Part shown: positions 8,697 through 16,242 of the stretch, in pieces
How positions within the stretch are numbered: the stretch's first letter is position 1
How the letters are laid out: the number at the start of each line of letters is the position of its first letter
Assembly (NCBI GenBank): GCA_032128115.1
Contig: JAQBHB010000083.1
Location: 1-21,375, forward strand
Reading direction: 5' to 3'
Length of the DNA: 21,375 nucleotides
Source of the DNA: Deltaproteobacteria bacterium
Lineage (GTDB): Bacteria > Myxococcota_A > UBA9160 > SMWR01
Notes under the pieces: model-generated
The model's input: only the letters and a program-made list of their open reading frames with translations
Told to the model about the DNA's origin: nothing
Databases searched by the model: none
Translations under genes and position numbers: made by a program

Positions 8697-10057
8697 CGAA
8701 ACAACGCTCCTTCGTGTTGGGAGCCGGGCTGCTGTTCGGGACCGGCATCGCCGTTCGCCTGCACAACGCCACCCACTACCCGCCCGACTGGGGCTTCGAC
8801 GCCAGCTACAACTGGCAATACATCTATCGCCTCACCCGCAGCTGGGCCCTGCCCCGCCCCGATGCGGGTTGGGCCACCGGCGACCCGCCCTTCTACTTCT
8901 ACCTGTCGGGCCTGGTGGCGCGGGCGGTGGAGAGCGTCTCGTCCATGAGCCCGGTGCTGGTTGCGATCCCACTGCTGAGCACCCTGGCGGGGCTGGCCAC
9001 GGTGGCACTGGCGGTGGCCTTCGTGCGCCGCGTCCACCCGGACGAGCCGCGCCGCGCCCTGCTCGCCGGCGCGCTGCTGCTCTTCCTGCCGGCCCACATC
9101 TACATGAGTGCCATGGTGAACGAGGAGATGCTGGCCTCCCTGCTCGTCTCCCTGGTGTTGTTCGCGCTGGCACGTCCCGGTCTCGCCGACCCGGACGCGC
9201 CGCATCCGTGGCGACTCGCCGCTGCCGCGGGTCTGGCCGCGGGCCTGGCGATCCTGACCAAGCTGACGGGCGTCCTGGTGTTGGGCGCGGCGGGCCTTGC
9301 CTACGCCGTCGACGGTTGGCGACGCCAGGCACTGGCGCCGGCGGCGAGCCGACTGGCCGTGTTCGGCCTGGTGGCGGTGGTGGTGGGCGGCTGGTGGTAC
9401 GTGCGCAATCGCGTGGAGTACGGCTACTTCCAGCCCTACGCCATGCCCGCCCACCAGTTGATGTTCAGCATGCCACCCGGAGAGCGTGGCGTCGCCGACT
9501 ATCTGCGCGTTCCCCTGGCCACCTGGAGCGACCCCCAGCTCCTGAATCCGGACCTGCTCGCGTCCGTCTGGGGCAGCACCTACGCCACTGTCTGGTTCGA
9601 CGGCCACCGCTTCTTCCTGCCCCGCGATCACGACGGCGTGAGCCGCCTGGGCACCGCGACACTGCTGCTGGCGCTGCTTCCCACTGCCGCGTTCGCGGTA
9701 GGCGTCGCTGGCGGTCTACAGCGCCTGCGCCAGGGGCGCCGCGAGCGCGACGCGGTCGATGTCCCGTTGCTGGCCATCACCTTCCTCACCCTGGCGGGCT
9801 ACGCGGTCTACACCTGGCGCAACCCGTGGTTTGCCGTGGTGAAGGGAACGTCCCTGCTGGGACTCTCGCTGCCCTTCGCGTACTACGCGAGCGACGCGCT
9901 GACACGCTGGACGGGCCGGCGCGGTCCGCTGTCGTGGCTGTGCTGGGGAGTCCTCGCCGCACTGGCGGCGGCGGCGCTGGCGTCGTCCACCTTCAACGGG
10001 GTCTTCGAGAAGACCGAGATCTCCGGCCTGTCCTGGGGAGGACCCGAGCGACCATGA
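8693..10057 (+). CDS. GT-C-fold (ArnT/PMT-like) membrane glycosyltransferase, 454 aa
   Basis: GTG start overlapping the GT4 stop (GTGA). WGFDASY loop, GDPPFYFYL (HPPLY-like), MVNEEML, LAILTKLTG, WWYVRN; multiple TM helices. Confidence 0.78.
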   Translation: MTKQRSFVLGAGLLFGTGIAVRLHNATHYPPDWGFDASYNWQYIYRLTRSWALPRPDAGWATGDPPFYFYLSGLVARAVESVSSMSPVLVAIPLLSTLAGLATVALAVAFVRRVHPDEPRRALLAGALLLFLPAHIYMSAMVNEEMLASLLVSLVLFALARPGLADPDAPHPWRLAAAAGLAAGLAILTKLTGVLVLGAAGLAYAVDGWRRQALAPAASRLAVFGLVAVVVGGWWYVRNRVEYGYFQPYAMPAHQLMFSMPPGERGVADYLRVPLATWSDPQLLNPDLLASVWGSTYATVWFDGHRFFLPRDHDGVSRLGTATLLLALLPTAAFAVGVAGGLQRLRQGRRERDAVDVPLLAITFLTLAGYAVYTWRNPWFAVVKGTSLLGLSLPFAYYASDALTRWTGRRGPLSWLCWGVLAALAAAALASSTFNGVFEKTEISGLSWGGPERP

Positions 10058-10986
10058 GCCATTGGCGCCGGATCGTCCGGATCGGGCTGCCCGCACTGGT
10101 GAGCGTGGGCGCGCTGGTGGCCCTCTTCCTGCAGGTGGACCTGGAACGGCTTCGAGAAGTGCTGACCTGGCAGGTGGCGGTCTGGGAAATCACGGCGCTT
10201 CTGGTCTACGGGGTGGTAACCCTCACGTTGGAGGCCGTCTCGATCGTGCGGCTGCTTCCCGCCCCGCCCCCGGGTTTCACCTGGACCTCGGCGCGCATCA
10301 AATCGGCCACTTATCTGCTTGGCATCCTGAACTACGCCCTGGGTGTGGCCGCGCTCTCGCTGCTGCTGCGTCGCCGCGCCGGGATCGGCCTGGCCGAGTC
10401 GGCCAGCGTCGTGCTGTTGATCTCCGGCCTCGACATGCTGGTGGTGCTGTCCCTGGCCGCCGCGGGCCTGGCGGCGTCGGAGGCGGAGACGCCCATTCTA
10501 TGGCTGGCGGTGCTCGCCGTCGGAGGCGTGGGCTTCGTCGCGGGCATGGCGATCCTGCGCCTGCCCGGCTCGTTCGGGCCCCTGGAACGCATCCGGTCCC
10601 TGGCGTTCTTCCGGGCCCTGCGCACCACGCCGACGCGCCGGATTCTCGAGGTGACGATCCTGCGCGCAGGCTTCGCCCTGGCCTTCGTTACGCTGGCGGG
10701 CGTGATCTTCACGGCCTTCGACATCCACGTGCCCGCACACGAGCTGGTGGTGGGCATTCTGGTGGTGGCGGTGGTGAGCGCGCTGCCGATTGCCGTGGCG
10801 GGAATCGGAACGGGACAGGCGGCGTTCGTGGCGGCCTTTCGCGGCGTGGCTCCCTACGAGACGCTGCTGGCGGTGAGCATCGCCATGTCGGCGGGTATGA
10901 TCGCGCTGCGGGTGGGAATGGGCCTGATCTTCGCGCGCGAGTTCACCCGGGAGGCTCTCGAAGAGACGCGCAAGGAAAGCGTGTGA
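10054..10986 (+). CDS. UPF0104 / lysylphosphatidylglycerol-synthase TM-like (flippase-like) membrane protein, 310 aa
   Basis: ATGA overlap with the upstream stop. LFLQVDLERL N-terminus and LPIAVAGIGTGQAAFV motif; hydrophobic throughout. Confidence 0.75.
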   Translation: MSHWRRIVRIGLPALVSVGALVALFLQVDLERLREVLTWQVAVWEITALLVYGVVTLTLEAVSIVRLLPAPPPGFTWTSARIKSATYLLGILNYALGVAALSLLLRRRAGIGLAESASVVLLISGLDMLVVLSLAAAGLAASEAETPILWLAVLAVGGVGFVAGMAILRLPGSFGPLERIRSLAFFRALRTTPTRRILEVTILRAGFALAFVTLAGVIFTAFDIHVPAHELVVGILVVAVVSALPIAVAGIGTGQAAFVAAFRGVAPYETLLAVSIAMSAGMIALRVGMGLIFAREFTREALEETRKESV

Positions 10987-11750
10987 ACGACACCACCTTC
11001 ACGGGGGAGCGGCTGCACGAGGACCGGGGAGGCTTCGGCCTCGATCTGGCCCGTCACCGTGCGGCTTACGAGATCGCAAAGAGCTACTCGGCCGGCGGCT
11101 GGGTGCTCGATCTGGGCTGCGGGTCGGGCTACGGCACCGCGGCACTGTCCCACGCGGGCGCCCGTGTGGTGGGTCTCGATCGCGTGGCCCCGGACGCAAA
11201 GCAGCGCGGCTGTGGCGGGCACTTCGTGCGGGCGAACCTGGAGGGCATCCCGCTGGCGCGGCAGTCGTTCTCGCTGGTGGTGAGCTTCCAGGTGATCGAG
11301 CACCTGGAGCACCCGGAGTTCTACGTGGCCGCCATCTCCGAGCTCCTGCGGCCCGACGGGGTGGCCCTCATCACCACGCCGAACCGCCTCACCTCGGACG
11401 GCGTGAACCCCTACCACGTGCACGAGTACGTGACCGACGAGTTGGCGCAATGCCTGGGCGCGCGCTTCGAGAGCGTCGAGATGCGCGGCGTGAACACGAG
11501 CGAGCGGGTGCACGAGGTCCTGGCGGCGCGCTCCCGGCGCATTCGCAGCATCATGCGTCTGGATCCCCTGGGGCTTCGCGATCGATTGCCCCGCGGGCTC
11601 ATCGAGTGGTTGTTCGCCCGCTTCGCCGATCTGGTGCGCAACCCGGAGCCGGCGCCCGACACCGAGTCGTTCGGAAGCCGCGACTTTCCCGTGGGCGAGG
11701 CCGGCGACGATTGCCTGGATCTGTTGGCCATCTGCCGCCGACCCCGCTAG
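10983..11750 (+). CDS. Class I SAM-dependent methyltransferase, 255 aa
   Basis: GTGA overlap. FTGER, RHRAAY, VLDLGCGSGYG, SFQVIEHL, LRPDGVALITTPN, NPYHVHEY. Confidence 0.9.
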   Translation: MNDTTFTGERLHEDRGGFGLDLARHRAAYEIAKSYSAGGWVLDLGCGSGYGTAALSHAGARVVGLDRVAPDAKQRGCGGHFVRANLEGIPLARQSFSLVVSFQVIEHLEHPEFYVAAISELLRPDGVALITTPNRLTSDGVNPYHVHEYVTDELAQCLGARFESVEMRGVNTSERVHEVLAARSRRIRSIMRLDPLGLRDRLPRGLIEWLFARFADLVRNPEPAPDTESFGSRDFPVGEAGDDCLDLLAICRRPR

Positions 11751-11768
11751 CGCCTCCACCCGGGCCGG

Positions 11769-12923
11769 TCATGCCGCGTGGGCACAGATCGCACGCAGGT
11801 CTTCGTCGAGCACCTCCGGCCGCAGATTTGCCACCTGCTGGAAACGCTGGAACGCCCGCTCGAAATCCTCTCCCGACAGGTCGAAACCCAGCGCCCGCAC
11901 GCGGGTGGCAAAGCCCGCGCGGCCGGAGAGCTTCCCCAGCACGATCTCCGTGCCGCGCTCGTGGCCGATGGTATCGGGATCGAGCACCTCGAAGGTCTCG
12001 CGGTATTTGAGCACCCCGTCCTGGTGGATTCCCGACGCATGGCGGAAGGCGTTCCCCCCGACGATCGGCTTGTTGGGCGGCACCGGAATTCCGCTGCGTT
12101 CGGCCACGCAGCGCGAGATCCGGCAGATGCCGGTGGGATCCACGTCCGTGTGAACGCCAAGCAGCGACCCGTGCACGCGCAGGGCCATCACCACCTCCTC
12201 GAAGGCGGTGTTGCCGGCGCGCTCGCCAATGCCGTTGACCGCCACCTCGATCTGGCGTGCGCCCGCCGTCACCGCAGCCAGGGCGTTGGCGGTGGCCAGG
12301 CCCAGGTCGTCCTGCCCGTGGAACGACACCACCGCCTGCTCGAGCTCGGGTACGCGTTGGTAGAGCTCCTCGATCAGGGCACGCACGCCCTCGGGGATCG
12401 CGTAGCCCACGGTGTCGGGAACGTTGATGGTGGTGGCGCCCGCCGAAAGCGCTGCGCGCACCACGTCGGCCAGGAAGCCCGGATCGGATCGGGTGGCGTC
12501 CATGGGGCTGAATTCCACGTCGGCCACGTGCTGGCGTGCGCGACGCACCGCCGCCTCCGCCATGGCGATCACGTCGTCGCGGCCCCGACGCAGCTGGTGG
12601 GCCAGGTGCACGTCGCTGCTGGCCACGAAAACGTGGATACGCGGATCGGCAGCCTGACGCAGGGCCTCGGCCGCTGCATCCACGTCGCCTAGAACGGCGC
12701 GCGCGAGGCCGCAGACGCGCGCGTTGCGAACCTCCCGCGCCACCACCGCCACGGCCTCGAGTTCCGCGGGCGAGGCGGCCGGGAATCCGGCCTCGATGAC
12801 GTCGACCCGCATCGCCGCCAGCTGCGACGCGATCTCGACCTTGTCGCGCGTGCTGAAGCAGACGCCCGCGGTCTGCTCGCCGTCGCGCAGTGTCGTATCG
12901 AAGATGACGACCTTGTCGGACAT
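11769..12923 (-). CDS. leuA: 2-isopropylmalate synthase family (DRE-TIM), short form without the C-terminal regulatory domain, 384 aa
   Basis: ATG 12923 with SD AAAGGAG 7 nt upstream. IFDTTLRDGEQ, IEAGFP, NVPDTVGY, NGIGERAGN, SGIHQDG, LGKLSGR; ends shortly after subdomain II. The upstream Leu-rich leader supports a role in leucine synthesis. Confidence 0.85.
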   Translation of the reverse strand: MSDKVVIFDTTLRDGEQTAGVCFSTRDKVEIASQLAAMRVDVIEAGFPAASPAELEAVAVVAREVRNARVCGLARAVLGDVDAAAEALRQAADPRIHVFVASSDVHLAHQLRRGRDDVIAMAEAAVRRARQHVADVEFSPMDATRSDPGFLADVVRAALSAGATTINVPDTVGYAIPEGVRALIEELYQRVPELEQAVVSFHGQDDLGLATANALAAVTAGARQIEVAVNGIGERAGNTAFEEVVMALRVHGSLLGVHTDVDPTGICRISRCVAERSGIPVPPNKPIVGGNAFRHASGIHQDGVLKYRETFEVLDPDTIGHERGTEIVLGKLSGRAGFATRVRALGFDLSGEDFERAFQRFQQVANLRPEVLDEDLRAICAHAA

Positions 12924-12986
12924 GATCTCGCTCCTTTGCCGGGCGGCCGGAGCGGGCTTGGTTCGAATCCGGCCGATGCCGGGTCC

Positions 12987-13030
12987 AGAAAACACGAAAC
13001 CCTCTCCGACCGGACCGGCGGGAGAGGGTT
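12987..13030 (-). terminator. Intrinsic terminator of the leu attenuator
   Basis: mRNA reads AACCCUCUCC-13 nt-GGAGAGGGUU (perfect 10-bp stem, 12998-13007/13021-13030) followed by UCGUGUUUUCU. Confidence 0.82.
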
Positions 13031-13079
13031 GGGTTGATCAGGCGACTCCTTCTAGCGGCCGCAAGACCCCTCTCCCGCC
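13017..13079 (-). promoter_or_regulatory. Antiterminator helix of the leu attenuator
   Basis: GGCGGGAGAGGG in the leader ORF (13068-13079) is perfectly complementary over 12 bp to CCCUCUCCCGCC (13017-13028), which overlaps the terminator 5' arm; GACCGG/CCGGUC can extend it. Confidence 0.8.
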
Positions 13080-13132
13080 CCGGTCAGGTACAGGGCGGCA
13101 GGCAGGTCCATCAGCAGCAGGTGCTTCGCCAT
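13052..13132 (-). CDS. Leucine attenuator leader peptide, MAKHLLLMDLPAALYLTGAGEGSCGR (26 aa)
   Basis: ATG 13132 to TAG 13052; six CTG Leu codons, three in tandem; directly upstream of the terminator and leuA. Confidence 0.82.
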   Translation of the reverse strand: MAKHLLLMDLPAALYLTGAGEGSCGR

Positions 13133-13141
13133 GACCCGGTC

Positions 13142-13170
13142 ATCGTGGACCACCCGACGGCAGCCGTCAA
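13142..13170 (-). promoter_or_regulatory. Sigma70-type promoter of leader-leuA
   Basis: TTGACG (13170-13165), 17 nt, CACGAT (13147-13142), 9 nt before the leader ATG. Confidence 0.62.
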
Positions 13171-13176
13171 GCACCC

Positions 13177-13782
13177 TCAGACTTCCGCGGCGTACGGGGG
13201 TGCCGGGTCGTACTCCATCAGGCGCTGGACGTTGCGAGCGTGCTCGCGGCCGTGGATCTGACCCACGAGCCAGAGGGCCATGTCGATGCCCGCCGAGACC
13301 CCGGCGGAGGTCACCAGGTTGCCGTCGCGCACGTAGCGCACGTTCTCCAGCACCGTGATGTCGCCCCGCTCACGCAGCTGCTCGATGAAGCCGAAGTGGG
13401 TGGTGACACGCTTTCCGCGGGCGAGCCCGGATTCGTGAAGCAACAGGGCCCCGGTGCAGACACTGGTGACCCAGGTGCAGGGGGCCGACGCCTTGCGGAT
13501 CCAGTCGATCAGCACCGGGTTCGAAACCTCGCGCCGGGTGCCCATGCCGCCCGGCACCAGCAGAACGTCCAGCTCCGGCGCACTCTCGAAGTCACAGTCG
13601 GGAATCACACGCAGGCCGTGGGCGCAGCGCACCGGCCCCGTCTTTTCGGCGATGGTCACCACATGCTCCTCGGGCACGCCCTCGCCCAAGAACCGCGCCG
13701 CCATGGCGAAGACCTCGAAGGGGCCCGCGAAGTCGAGCTCCTCCACGTCGTCGAAGATCAGGATGCCGGTCGTTCGCGCCAT
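13177..13782 (-). CDS. DJ-1/PfpI family protein (class I glutamine amidotransferase-like fold), 201 aa
   Basis: GILIFDDVEELDFAGPFEVF, LLVPGGMG, nucleophile elbow SVCTGA, TSAGVSAGID, C-terminal EYDPAPP. Start taken at ATG 13782. Confidence 0.92.
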   Translation of the reverse strand: MARTTGILIFDDVEELDFAGPFEVFAMAARFLGEGVPEEHVVTIAEKTGPVRCAHGLRVIPDCDFESAPELDVLLVPGGMGTRREVSNPVLIDWIRKASAPCTWVTSVCTGALLLHESGLARGKRVTTHFGFIEQLRERGDITVLENVRYVRDGNLVTSAGVSAGIDMALWLVGQIHGREHARNVQRLMEYDPAPPYAAEV

Positions 13783-13901
13783 GTCGTTGGCCTCGCTGCG
13801 CCCCCCAGGTAGCCTCAGCATCGCCCGCTCCCGAGACCCTGGCAACGCCGGGTTGCGACCCCGCCGCCAGCTGTCAGACTCCCGCCGAGGGGGGATTCGC
13901 C

Positions 13902-14330
13902 ATGCGTACTCGCTTTGCCGTCGTTCCGCTCGTCGGGGTCGGGCTCAGCCTGGTCCTGGCCGGGTCCACGGGCTGCAGCCTGTCGTACAGCTCCAAGAGC
14001 ATCTCGGACACGGCCAGCAGCCCGTTCGAGTGGAGTTCCGATTCCAGCGGGGACACGGTGGCCTACCACCAGGACGTGCGTGACTACACCTACGCCTACG
14101 TCCGCTCCGGCGGCGACCGGAGCGCCTTCCAGCGGGGCATCGGCAACCTGGCCGAGCAACGGGGAGTCAGCAACTGGGAGGAGGACGAGTCCACCTGCGC
14201 CGGCATCGGCGCCGGCCTTCGCAAGGCCGCCCTCGACGAAGGCCAGGCCCGGGAGTTCGCCCGGGATCTGCTCGGCGACGGGTCGGACCGGCTGCGGGAC
14301 GTGCAGCGCGGCTACGAGGCCGGCCTCTAG
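13902..14330 (+). CDS. Putative lipoprotein, 142 aa
   Basis: GAGGGGG upstream of the ATG; basic N-terminus, hydrophobic stretch, LAGSTG-C25 lipobox-like site, Ser-rich tether, small helical-looking domain. Confidence 0.78.
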   Translation: MRTRFAVVPLVGVGLSLVLAGSTGCSLSYSSKSISDTASSPFEWSSDSSGDTVAYHQDVRDYTYAYVRSGGDRSAFQRGIGNLAEQRGVSNWEEDESTCAGIGAGLRKAALDEGQAREFARDLLGDGSDRLRDVQRGYEAGL

Positions 14331-14346
14331 CGGGCGCTCCGACAGC

Positions 14347-16239
14347 ATGGCCCCTACCGCGGCGATCCCGTGGCTCGCGCTCGCGTGCCTCGTCGTGGCG
14401 ACCGCACCGGGACGGGCCGCACCGGGGCCCTTCATCGACTACCTGACCGTCGAGGCGAACGAGGGCGGATCGTCCGGTGGGCACGCCGCCCTGCGTGTGG
14501 GCGAGTGGGTCCATCACTTCCAGAACCGGGACGGGCTGCTGCTGCTGGCGCGCCAGACGCCCGAGCGATTCCTGGCCACCTATGCCCTGCTGGGAAACCG
14601 CACGGTTCGGGCGAGCCGGATTTCCGTAACCGCACAGACGGCGGCGCTGCTGGAGGCGCACTTCGGCGAGCGCTACCGGGTCCAACAGCGCCAGCTGGAT
14701 CGCAGAGATTCCCTGCGTGAAGAGCGCGAACTTCTTGAAATGCTTTCGGAAATCGAGCGGGGGCGGATCCGCGAGCCCGACGCCCTCGCCTCCCTGAGGT
14801 TGCGGGGCGCGGGCGCCTTCCTACCACGCAGCGCCGGGGACGCTTCGCAAGACCCGGCCCTTGCGGCGCTGCGCCGACGGGTGGTTGCAAAGCGGGGCGC
14901 AGACTTCCTGGAGGAGAGCATCCGGACCCTGCTCCGGGAGATCGCGGCGCTGCGGCCCGATCCCCCGGACGATTCGGGCGTCGAACCCGCGACACCCTTG
15001 CGCGACTCGTTCGCCCGCCGGCTGCGCGACCGGCTTCAGCTGGTGGTGGCGCTCCGGGTGCTGAACGAGGCGCTGCCCCTGCGCGCGGACGGCCGCTTCT
15101 CACCCGCGGGCCCCGCCTGGCGGGTGGGTCGTCGCGAATCGCGACGCCTGCGCACGGGGTCACGGGAGCTCGGGGACCAGCTGATGCGTCTGCTGGACTC
15201 GAAACGACCCGACCGGGGCCTCCCCCTGCTGGTAGGGATGGCGCGGCTTGCGGCGTTGGACGCCACGATTCGCGGCGGGCGCTGGGTCTGGCTCGACAGC
15301 TTCGACGAGAACGACGAACGCATCGAGTTGGCCCGGATCGAAAATGCGGACGCGATCCTGTCGGGCCTCGCAGACGAAACACGCGGATCGCTGGACGATC
15401 GGCACACGCGGTTCCTCGCGGGCGAACGCTGGGACGAGGCGGCCTATGCCGAACTCGAAGCCGCTGCCAACCGCCATGCCGAGGTCCAGAGAGCCCAGGC
15501 GGGTGCATCGCACCTGCGCGTGCAGCGCTTCGGCCGCGTGCCCACGCGGAGCGCCGCACCCAGCGACGGCGCGCTGCCCCGACTCGAAGGGGCCGCGTTG
15601 GCGGCCGCCCTCGGCCCCGCCCGCGCGGCCGAGCGCAACGCGGAGCAGCGCCTGCGAAAGGCGTATCGCTATCACCTGATCCGCAGGAACTGTGTCTCCG
15701 AGATCTTCGCCAGCCTGAACGCGGCCTTCCCGGGAGGGCGAGCCGAGTCCGTGGAGCGTCTGGGAGGCAGCCACCAGGCCTGGGGGCTCGGCGTCATCCC
15801 GTTCGTGTCGCACCGCAGCGTAAATCGTCGCTACCGGGTCGAACGAGTGATCGAGATCCCCTCGGCCCGCGAGGCCCGGATCGCGGCCCTCGTGGAACGC
15901 GAGTCTCATCTGGCAGTCTGGCTGCGCGAATCCAATACCCTCACCGCCACGACCTACGAGCGCGGATCGCGCGACTCGCAGTTCGTGCTCTTCGGCGACG
16001 GCGTCGGCCCCGCCCGGCCGCTGGTGGGAGCCGTCAACCTGGCCGCCGCCGTGGTCGAGACCGGTGTGGGCCTGGTCGCCCTCCCCGTGCGCGGGACCGG
16101 CACGTTTCGGTCCGGATTGCGGGGTACCCTTTCGAGTTTGGCGGAGCTTGTGTTCCTGAACGTGCGCAAGGGTTCCTACGACTACGTCTCCATCGAGCAG
16201 CGCCGGCGCGTGGCCGCGGCGCTCGGGCCTCTCCACTAG
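14347..16239 (+). CDS. Exported hypothetical protein, 630 aa; possible permuted papain-like (His...Asn-Cys) enzyme
   Basis: ATG 14347, signal-peptide-like N-terminus, SSGGHAALR (His46), YRYHLIRRNCV (Cys449), hydrophobic C-terminal segment. Confidence 0.65.
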   Translation: MAPTAAIPWLALACLVVATAPGRAAPGPFIDYLTVEANEGGSSGGHAALRVGEWVHHFQNRDGLLLLARQTPERFLATYALLGNRTVRASRISVTAQTAALLEAHFGERYRVQQRQLDRRDSLREERELLEMLSEIERGRIREPDALASLRLRGAGAFLPRSAGDASQDPALAALRRRVVAKRGADFLEESIRTLLREIAALRPDPPDDSGVEPATPLRDSFARRLRDRLQLVVALRVLNEALPLRADGRFSPAGPAWRVGRRESRRLRTGSRELGDQLMRLLDSKRPDRGLPLLVGMARLAALDATIRGGRWVWLDSFDENDERIELARIENADAILSGLADETRGSLDDRHTRFLAGERWDEAAYAELEAAANRHAEVQRAQAGASHLRVQRFGRVPTRSAAPSDGALPRLEGAALAAALGPARAAERNAEQRLRKAYRYHLIRRNCVSEIFASLNAAFPGGRAESVERLGGSHQAWGLGVIPFVSHRSVNRRYRVERVIEIPSAREARIAALVERESHLAVWLRESNTLTATTYERGSRDSQFVLFGDGVGPARPLVGAVNLAAAVVETGVGLVALPVRGTGTFRSGLRGTLSSLAELVFLNVRKGSYDYVSIEQRRRVAAALGPLH

Positions 16240-16242
16240 CGA

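Noticed and set aside
12960..12970. GGTTCGAATCC, resembling a tRNA T-loop
   Set aside because: Weak T-stem, no convincing D-arm, anticodon arm, acceptor stem or CCA; lies antisense in the leuA 5' UTR.
13840..13856. TGGCA...TTGC as a sigma54 promoter
   Set aside because: GG-to-GC spacing is 12 nt rather than the required 10.
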